Below, piece by piece: positions 12,808 through 20,426 of a DNA stretch of 64,000 nt. The translations under genes and the position numbers were made by a program. The notes below the pieces were generated by a model. The model made no database searches. It was not told the DNA's origin and saw nothing but the letters and a program-made list of their open reading frames with translations. The first letter of the stretch is position 1; the number at the start of each line of letters is the position of its first letter. The stretch comes from Squalus acanthias (taxonomy: Eukaryota). The stretch covers positions 186,620,001-186,684,000 of the forward strand of contig CM059427.1 of NCBI GenBank assembly GCA_030390025.1. Direction: 5' to 3'.

Positions 12808-14422
12808 TGTAAGGGATACTCTCCTGACCCTGCGTGTCTCGTAGCCTGTGAGATTCACGCGGCTCTGTGCAGCCGGTATGTCAGTGCGGGTCTAGGCCTG
12901 GTCTCCAGCCAGTCTGGGAACACTAGACACCCCTGTGAGTGGTTCGAATCACTCTCCCTTACGGTTCTAGACACTGGACTTAGATGCGAGAGCAGTAATG
13001 GAGATAAAACTCATGTAGACTTGGTTTGAACGGTACGAAATGGAAAATCTTTATTGCATGATACTTAAAATTATGAAATACATGTCATATGCACAGATTA
13101 ATGACAGTACAATCTTACAAACAGTTATAATCACTCTTAGGGAAACGAGGAACGACCAGCACAACGTAAATAGGGCACACATTACAAATATCCTTAATCT
13201 TTAAACCCTCCCCTATCAATAACTATCCTAAAACTAGCTTCGTAGGACCTCGAGACTCATGCTCACCACTCGTAATAACTCGGAGAAATCCCGAATAGCT
13301 GATCGGATGTTTTTCACCGCAGCACCCACGTGTTGGTCAGGAGATCTCCTGGTCCCACTTGTTTACTGCTTCTGCTGCTCGGTCAGTCGGCTGGACCGTC
13401 CGCTGTAGTGAAGACCTCTGTTGGTTGGATACAGGGTATGGTGGAGCACCGTTGTCAATATCGCTGATACGATGTGTTTACACAGTCCAGTTATCATTGA
13501 TGCAATATGTCTTGTTAAAGAAGAAAACTTCCTGTCGAGAAGACTTGGCTGATCGACCTACAGGCGCGGTCGGGATTTACTGACCGTGGCGATGGATAAG
13601 GTCTTCTTCTCTTCTCCTCTCATCTCATCTCATCTCATCTCATCTCATCCCGGGCCTTCGGTTCCGCTGCCAGCTACCAACATAGGTCTTTGCAACAGTC
13701 TTTTACACAGGAGCAGCCACGATGATAACAGCAACAAGCGGCAAGAGTCAAGAACACGAGGCAAGAGCAAGAGCAAGAGGCCAGAGCAAGAATCAAGAGA
13801 GCGAATGGACGGTTTGGGCCTGCAATTATAGTGCACAGTTCTTCCGTTTCCCGCCCAACTACAATGTCCATTCTTTTGTTTAAGGTTTGGCGCCCAAAAA
13901 TGTCCTGTATGGGTGATCTCTGTCCTTAATGGGTTTCGGGGCTACTCCTGAATGTTTGAGTATCTGTTAATATTTCTCCTATTGTTAAATCGGTCGGTGT
14001 TCCCCCTGGAGGGGTTTGGGGCTTCCAAGTGTCCTGTGTAACTACCTGCTAACGGCTCTCTCATCGTAGAGCCGTTGGGAGTTTACATACTAATGTCCTT
14101 TGGATGGGCCCTTGATGGCTTTCCTTTGTACCTGGGAGACCGATTCCAGTATCGATGTTTATACTGTAAACCCATAATGTCCTGTGTATTGTCTTCACTG
14201 TGCTAAATCGTTATCGATCTTGCAAGAATGTTTATTGGAACGCCATCTTGTCTGCCTGCTGAAAAGTCTAGAATGTTCTGTCACGCGGTGCGGCGGCCAT
14301 TTTACAGGCTGCTTGTGTCCAATTTAAACCTGACAGCATTCCGCTGAAATAAAAGCTGTTTTGAACGAAACTTTGTGTTTTCTCCTTATTAAAATGAAAT
14401 CGCGATAATTGCGAATTCTACA
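12808..14422 (-). repeat. 3' LTR of provirus 1 (1615 bp)
   Basis: TGTAAG...TCTACA; minus-strand AATAAA at 13050-13055; same as the 5' LTR except one extra C near 13211. Confidence 0.95.
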
Positions 14423-14434
14423 GTCCCTCCTGTT
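14423..14434 (-). promoter_or_regulatory. Polypurine tract AACAGGAGGGAC
   Basis: Directly precedes the 3' LTR on the minus strand; identical in provirus 2 (57948-57959). Confidence 0.85.
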
Positions 14435-14846
14435 GATGCGAATAACTCCGCTTATCGTATCAAAAATCTCAGTGGTGAGCAATCTTATCTCGATTTCACT
14501 CCGAATCCAGTAAATTAATCCCATAAAATTTTAACTTCACTAGGGTCTCTGTGTCGTCCTCATTTCCCAAGAAAATCACATTTTATATCACCGTAGGCAT
14601 CATTTGCCCTTAAACTTACACCACTTGTTTTCCTTCCCGTGTAACCAGGCCGATACCTCACGCATCACCTGTATATTTGTCTTTTATTCAAGGGAAGGAA
14701 AAACAAAACCCAAAAAACCAAACAATCAACACCATCACCAAAATAAACAAATCCCAACTCTTAAACATGTCGAGTTTCCAACGTATTTACAATGAGTACA
14801 AACTTCCGCGGCGCACGTGGCGAGCGGGAGTGACGCCATTTTCCCA

Positions 14847-17198
14847 TTACACTGCGCTCTCGTCGTGCACGCGCACGTAACGTTCTCGCCACTCTCCCGT
14901 GTTCTCATGCTTGGTGAGGCGCTTGTCTCTTTTACAATGTATGAACAATAGGTATACTACAATAAACACTTGACAGACGACTAAAATGTGGGAGGCTATT
15001 CTGACCCATGAGGGTACTTCAATATTCGTGAACAGATTCCACCACGGTGGAACCACTATGTCCAAAATGTCTGTTCCTATCTCGACGGTTTTCTGTTCTA
15101 ATGTATAGAAATGCTTTTGTGACACCGCGACGGCTTTCAGAAGTTTGGTTAAATGCTCAGGGAGAGGGGGAATGAGGTACCCAAAATGCGCGACAAATCG
15201 CTGCAAGTCGGTAAAATTCTCTTTTACTGTGAGATGAACAGTGGATGGTTCAGGGATTGGGATAATTCGCTGTTGTGCTACTTGAACTTCAGCCCTGGGT
15301 TTAAAACAGAAACTGCTGTCACTCACCGGACACCGGCTACGGTTTCCATGCTGGTAGTGTTGCGCTGCAGTGGTAACACAATATGTTCCACCCCCGATGT
15401 ATGCTACCTGCGGAGGCACATGATCTTGTGCCATTGCCTCCATGGTGCAATTCATGGACTTGGCGCCAGCCGTTCTGAACCCGCACTGTGGTGTTAAAAA
15501 GGCATTCAAGTGCTGGGGGCACAGTATTATGTGTGCTCCCCTGCCACGACAACCAGAGAGATCTGTACCTGTCATCGTTTGCTCCCAGCGGATGACGTAA
15601 GGTGGAACCGCTGCATAACGAATGTGGGCTCCCCCCTGAATGACACCAATGTTCTCTACCCGATATACCGGGGCGGGCTTTGCTGTGTTGCCCAAAACCG
15701 GCATGCGTAATACTATTCCCATAATAGTATGGTTTGAACGTCCGCAGTCCACGGGGACTGGGTAAGCTTCTGAAGCTAGCCTGAGCTGGCACGGACTTAA
15801 TGCGTTCTGAAAAGGGTGGAGCGCCCGCAGGTGTTTGTTACTTATCCAGGACGGAACCAAACCTTGTTTTAAATCCTCCAAATTACTGCGGCCCTCGCCC
15901 AGTAACCACGCCCCGTAAAGCACGCACACCTCGTTCTGCGCAGCTTGATCGGATGCATTCCGATCTTCCCTAATCAGGGCATTTACCGTACGCGCATGTT
16001 TCTCCAGCTCTGCTATAATCTCTTTTAAGTGTAGTGTCATGGCTTGGTCCTCGTGCAGACCTGACCCTACCACTTTATTCTCATCCGTAAGAATATCCTT
16101 TAACTGTGTTTTTAAACCATTAATCTGGGTCTGCAGCTCCACACTGTCTAGAGCGTTGACCACAGATGTCCCTGTGTTAAAAGCAGTGAACGCATCGTTC
16201 ACCAAACCCCTTCTTTGCCTCCCTACTTGGTCCAAAACTTCCTGCGGTGCGGTGTATAAACTTGTCTTATCAATTTCTGCAAAATCAAACTCGTAAAATT
16301 GCCTGAACATCTTGGTCAACAGGACCTGGTACAACTGTTCCGTCTTTTTGGGGCACCACTCTGGTAACCGTACCTCAGTGAGATTTAAAATCACCGAGGC
16401 CACCGCGTAATGCACTCCCTGAAATAGTATCTGGTCTGTGGGGACCAGTACCAAACCGTTCCCGGGACCCTTACTAGTTTTAGGGCACCCTTCTTCCTCA
16501 GTTAGAACTACCGGAATCGTGGGCGGGGCTTTGCGTGGGCGCGTAATGAGCTCAGTGGCATTTACTGGGATCGGAGAGTATGGGGCTCCGCACCCCCTGG
16601 TGCTCGCATCCCACCTCATCCCCTGTCCGTTATCCTGCCACTGGTTAATAAAGAATATGGAGATGCCTTTGGGGCAAACGTACTTTGACCCCCACATACA
16701 AACATAAATCCCCTCATCCGGTTCCCACCATTTGTCCCAACAGACTTTCACTTGTCCATCTGTCCCCGTAATTGTCCGATGGGTATTATTACCCAGTCGC
16801 TCCCACTCAACCGAAGAGTTCCTCATAGTTTTGCTCAGCTTTCGCAGCCACCACCATCGGCTCAATGGGACATTCCCACTGCAGGTCAAACAAATCCGTT
16901 TGCCGACGGTGACGCTGATCCTGGGTGCGATGATCCGTACTTTGGGGCACATTAAAGAAGTCTCTTTGTAGGCGAACCCCGATGTGCTGGAATACTCCGT
17001 TGAGTTCGTTCCCAGCCATCCTGGCCACCTTCCCTTGTGGAAATAGGTGCTGGTCCCTTCTGCCTTCCGTCTCCCGGTCCCATCCACCGCGATGGGGGCC
17101 GTGTCCCCGGAACATCCAAACACCACGACATCCTTGGTGAGGCCCCGATAGGCCAATCCACATCCGATTGCCACGAGCAAAACTAGAAGTCGTTCCAT
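14847..17198 (-). CDS. env: Envelope glycoprotein, 783 aa, intact: signal peptide, Ig-like domain, F2-like segment, furin site RQRR, F1-like subunit, TM, tail
   Basis: MERLLVLLVAIGCGLA; LTC...W...DEGIYVC; RQRR at aa 327-330 followed by GLVNDAFTAFNTG and a heptad repeat; Cys-rich region; TM ILVVCQVFIVVYLLFI; tail YVRV. Confidence 0.9.
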   Translation of the reverse strand: MERLLVLLVAIGCGLAYRGLTKDVVVFGCSGDTAPIAVDGTGRRKAEGTSTYFHKGRWPGWLGTNSTEYSSTSGFAYKETSLMCPKVRIIAPRISVTVGKRICLTCSGNVPLSRWWWLRKLSKTMRNSSVEWERLGNNTHRTITGTDGQVKVCWDKWWEPDEGIYVCMWGSKYVCPKGISIFFINQWQDNGQGMRWDASTRGCGAPYSPIPVNATELITRPRKAPPTIPVVLTEEEGCPKTSKGPGNGLVLVPTDQILFQGVHYAVASVILNLTEVRLPEWCPKKTEQLYQVLLTKMFRQFYEFDFAEIDKTSLYTAPQEVLDQVGRQRRGLVNDAFTAFNTGTSVVNALDSVELQTQINGLKTQLKDILTDENKVVGSGLHEDQAMTLHLKEIIAELEKHARTVNALIREDRNASDQAAQNEVCVLYGAWLLGEGRSNLEDLKQGLVPSWISNKHLRALHPFQNALSPCQLRLASEAYPVPVDCGRSNHTIMGIVLRMPVLGNTAKPAPVYRVENIGVIQGGAHIRYAAVPPYVIRWEQTMTGTDLSGCRGRGAHIILCPQHLNAFLTPQCGFRTAGAKSMNCTMEAMAQDHVPPQVAYIGGGTYCVTTAAQHYQHGNRSRCPVSDSSFCFKPRAEVQVAQQRIIPIPEPSTVHLTVKENFTDLQRFVAHFGYLIPPLPEHLTKLLKAVAVSQKHFYTLEQKTVEIGTDILDIVVPPWWNLFTNIEVPSWVRIASHILVVCQVFIVVYLLFIHCKRDKRLTKHENTGEWRERYVRVHDESAV

Positions 17199-17482
17199 CC
17201 TTCCTTGGTTCCTGTGATCAGATAGAATGAGGTAGCCAGCCTCGCAAAAAGTCTCTGGCTTTTGTGACGGGTGAGCGGGTCCCCTGACCTCGCCTCACGT
17301 AAACTTCAACGTTTGCTAAATAGACTTCCTCTAAACCTAGCCTTAAAACTCCCATCATTTTATCGTTATCTGTTAAAAACACTACAAACTTAACCTTATT
17401 AAAACTACTTAAAACCTTAAACTAAAACTTAAAACCTTAAACTAATAACTTTACAATGCCGCCCGTTCTCAGGGCGGCCCCT

Positions 17483-18610
17483 TTAAATCCTGAGAAGGCT
17501 GCTGCGAGCTCTTCCCGACGGTGGGAGGGCACTGACCCTTCCCTCTGATCTGCCGCAGCCTGTTGCTGCGCTGACCCTTTCCTCTGATCTGCCGCAGCCT
17601 GTTACTGCTTCGATGTGGCCTGTCTCTACCCGGGTTATCTTAACCTGAAACTTACGCCCTGGGGCAGCCTGGGGACCTGACCACATCTTCCTGGGCTGGG
17701 GGACTCTGCTTGACCTACGGGGAATTGCTATGGGCGGGGGCTCCGTGACGGACGGACCGGGTCCCGAGACCTTCAACGGGATGACCTGGGGTTCCATCAC
17801 AGGCGCCAGCCCCGCCTCCGCTGACTCCGCCTCCCTAACCTCGGGGCTGGCAGTTCGGGGCCCCGCCCTGCTCGGCCCAGCAGGCGGCCCTTCACTCGCG
17901 AACTCTGCCTCCCCTGAGGACTGGACGTTCAAAGCGGGCGGCCACACCTCTGGGAACCACATAGCGGCTGGCCCGGCCTCCTCTAGCTCCTTCCTCCTGC
18001 TGTCGGGACCTGCAGCTTGTGTGTCCACCCCGTATGGATCTCTACCTAGCGGCCCCAATCCTTCCAGACCGTTCCTCTGAAACCACCCGTCATCATCACT
18101 ATGCTCATCTGCCCTATCCTCATCTGACCAGGGTACCCTGGGGTCCTCGTCATCTAACCCCCAACTCCAGAAAAACGCTGCATGATCGTCCGGGGTGTCC
18201 CTTCCCCTGATGCAAGCTGCTACGCCTGCCTGTGTGCCTTGTGGTCCTACCTGGGGCTGTGTTTTCCCATTGGCGGGATTTACCCCTGTAGTTTTCCCCT
18301 GCGCACCTGGCTGGTACAGTTTGCATTGGTTTACATCCTCATACTCCCGGCTTTTGGCTACCCTGTAGGCTGCTTTTATCTCTCTAAGCTGCCCTTCTAG
18401 CCTGACCACGTCTAACTTTCCCATTGCTCGGGCATTCTCCTCCCGCAGGGCCTGCTCTCTAAGCTGCCCTTCCAGCCCATCTATTTTCCCTATTAAGCGG
18501 GCGTTCTCCTCCCGCAAGGCCTGCTCTTTTAACCTGGCCTCCTCACCGCAGACCCCCTCCTGTGCGTGTCTTTTAAAAGGACACAGGTAGGCAGGCTGCG
18601 TGGGCTCTAG
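17483..18610 (-). CDS. In-frame continuation after the gag stop (375 codons): pol N-terminal stub, coiled-coil insert, integrase C-terminal tail
   Basis: No stop from 18610 to 17486 in the gag frame; LEPTQPAYLCP..., duplicated EQALREENAR, VNQCKLY, then sequence homologous to 61018-61776. Confidence 0.75.
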   Translation of the reverse strand, partial: LEPTQPAYLCPFKRHAQEGVCGEEARLKEQALREENARLIGKIDGLEGQLREQALREENARAMGKLDVVRLEGQLREIKAAYRVAKSREYEDVNQCKLYQPGAQGKTTGVNPANGKTQPQVGPQGTQAGVAACIRGRDTPDDHAAFFWSWGLDDEDPRVPWSDEDRADEHSDDDGWFQRNGLEGLGPLGRDPYGVDTQAAGPDSRRKELEEAGPAAMWFPEVWPPALNVQSSGEAEFASEGPPAGPSRAGPRTASPEVREAESAEAGLAPVMEPQVIPLKVSGPGPSVTEPPPIAIPRRSSRVPQPRKMWSGPQAAPGRKFQVKITRVETGHIEAVTGCGRSEERVSAATGCGRSEGRVSALPPSGRARSSLLRI

Positions 18611-20422
18611 TCATTGGGTACTATTAGACGGTCCTGCGGCACCTACGGGGCCGGTTGCGACCGCCACCTGTCCACGCGCATTCAAAACCATCTTGCGCAT
18701 GACTCCTAACACTGCTTCGAGGTCTTCGGGAGAGGTGGGTGCCTTTGCTTCCTTAGGCGGGACAGGCGCCTGGGCTCGGACCGCGGGATTTTTATCCTTG
18801 GAATCCTTCCAAGGGTTCCTGCAGTGCTTGCGCCAGTGCCCTGTCTTCCCACACCCGTAACAGGCATTACTTGCCTGTGGGGCGCGATTACCCTCCTGAT
18901 GCCACTCTCTTTGAGTCGGGGCTGCGGGTCGTACCTCATGTACTCTTCCCTTAAAGGGACGTGTTGCCATACCCCTTATGTTACGGTAACCTAACGTGAG
19001 TCGATTCAAGACCGACTCTTCCGTAAGGTTGAGGTCATTGGGATCGAACCAAGCTTTTGCCTGCTCTCTAACGGCTGGTAAACTGTTGGCTATTATGCAC
19101 CTAAGCCAATGAATTAAAGCGGCGCCTTCCACATCTTCGCGCTCGGGCGCACCTAGACAGCTGCGCTCATATACTGGCCACAGCCTGTCGGCAAAAACCT
19201 TCGGGGGTTCTCCCTCCATCTGCACTGTCTGTCCCACTCTAGCAAACGGACCTCCGTCGTTCGCTCCCACTACTTCTAGGACCTCATTTTTCAATTCCTC
19301 ATAACTTTTATTACCCCTCTTGCTATCGCCTGAGAGACACTGAAGGACCGAGCTATCTAACGAGAACAGCAGCATTTTTGCTGTCTCCCCATCATCGCAG
19401 CCGTTGATGGCTGCGGCTTGCTCAACTTCCCTAAAATGTACGGAAGGGTCGTCTATCTCGGTCAGCTTCCTTACGTGGTTTATCATGGCCCTCAGCTGAT
19501 GTGAACTGTGAGGCAACACCAGCTGTCCGAGGAGATCCCCCGGTTCTTCCCCACCGTTTCTGCTTGGGCCCCTTTTAATCCCCGTTACTGGATACAACGA
19601 TCCCTTTTCTACCTCCTTTTCAACGGGCTCTTTTGTTTCTTCCGTTGCTTCCTCCCTAACCCAGGTTTCCGAATAGCTGGGTGGCGCGGAGGGCGCACTG
19701 GCTACTACTTCTTCTGCTTTACTTGGTGGGGAATTTCTAAATCTCTCATTTACTAGCGGCTGGCGTGCCGACGGATTAATAAGGCACACCATGCCGTTCG
19801 CATTATTCACGGCCTTTTTGAGGCTCTCTATCTCTTTTTCGCAGGCGCTATGGTCGGCTCCCTGAAACTTATCCTCAAGGGCCAACTTATACGCCGACCT
19901 AACCCCCATTAAGCTCTCTTCTTGAGTTCTTATCTGGGCAGCTTGACGGTTACATCTTTCCTTCATCCTACTCTCGTTTAATTTTGCTTCAGTGATCTGG
20001 CACTCGAGATACTCTACCCTTGTTTTAAGGTAACTGGAGACTTCCTGGCTTTCCTGGCGTAACTCATTTAAACTCTTAATGAGCGCCTCCCCTCCAGAAA
20101 CCTTCTCCTCCATTTCCTCCTCTAACTGCTTGATTCGAGCGGTTAGCGCTGTATTGGTCTGGTTTGAAATCTGAACCTGCCTTTTGTAGCACATAAGCCA
20201 GACTGCTTTCTCAACTGCCTTTTTATGCTCCTTACTATCCGTCCACCTTTCAGCTGCCTCTAGTGGGCTCTTATCCGCTAACAATTCGCTTATCCACTTT
20301 TTCGTTAGATTAACCTTTCCGAATACGTAATCCGCTATCTTTTCCTGCATCACATTTCGTACAGTCATTCCAAAATCTAACACACTACCCTCTCGCTGCC
20401 AGTGTCCTGCCGCGGTCGCCAT
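18611..20422 (-). CDS. gag: Gag, up to 603 aa, intact: coiled coil, PSAPPSY late domain, capsid-like region, one CCHC zinc knuckle
   Basis: CYGCGKTGHWRKHC; QMEGEPPKVFADRL resembles the major homology region; lies directly after the PBS. The true start may be a downstream Met. Confidence 0.9.
   Translation of the reverse strand: MATAAGHWQREGSVLDFGMTVRNVMQEKIADYVFGKVNLTKKWISELLADKSPLEAAERWTDSKEHKKAVEKAVWLMCYKRQVQISNQTNTALTARIKQLEEEMEEKVSGGEALIKSLNELRQESQEVSSYLKTRVEYLECQITEAKLNESRMKERCNRQAAQIRTQEESLMGVRSAYKLALEDKFQGADHSACEKEIESLKKAVNNANGMVCLINPSARQPLVNERFRNSPPSKAEEVVASAPSAPPSYSETWVREEATEETKEPVEKEVEKGSLYPVTGIKRGPSRNGGEEPGDLLGQLVLPHSSHQLRAMINHVRKLTEIDDPSVHFREVEQAAAINGCDDGETAKMLLFSLDSSVLQCLSGDSKRGNKSYEELKNEVLEVVGANDGGPFARVGQTVQMEGEPPKVFADRLWPVYERSCLGAPEREDVEGAALIHWLRCIIANSLPAVREQAKAWFDPNDLNLTEESVLNRLTLGYRNIRGMATRPFKGRVHEVRPAAPTQREWHQEGNRAPQASNACYGCGKTGHWRKHCRNPWKDSKDKNPAVRAQAPVPPKEAKAPTSPEDLEAVLGVMRKMVLNARGQVAVATGPVGAAGPSNSTQ
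20404..20421 (-). promoter_or_regulatory. Primer binding site complementary to tRNA-Arg(UCG)
   Basis: TGGCGACCGCGGCAGGAC, 5 nt after the 5' LTR; the complement GTCCTGCCGCGGTCG-CCA matches the 3' end of vertebrate tRNA-Arg-TCG as I recall it. Confidence 0.85.
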
Positions 20423-20426
20423 TTTC

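Noticed and set aside
13359-13871. Short ORFs repeated in the LTRs as possible accessory genes
   Set aside because: They recur only because the LTRs are identical; frames differ in the solo LTRs and cross a variable (TCTCA)n tract.
15337-15792. 151-aa alternative-frame ORF inside env, also open in provirus 2 (58873-59328)
   Set aside because: Non-ATG start, no motif, and many amino-acid differences where env changes are silent; a shadow of env conservation.
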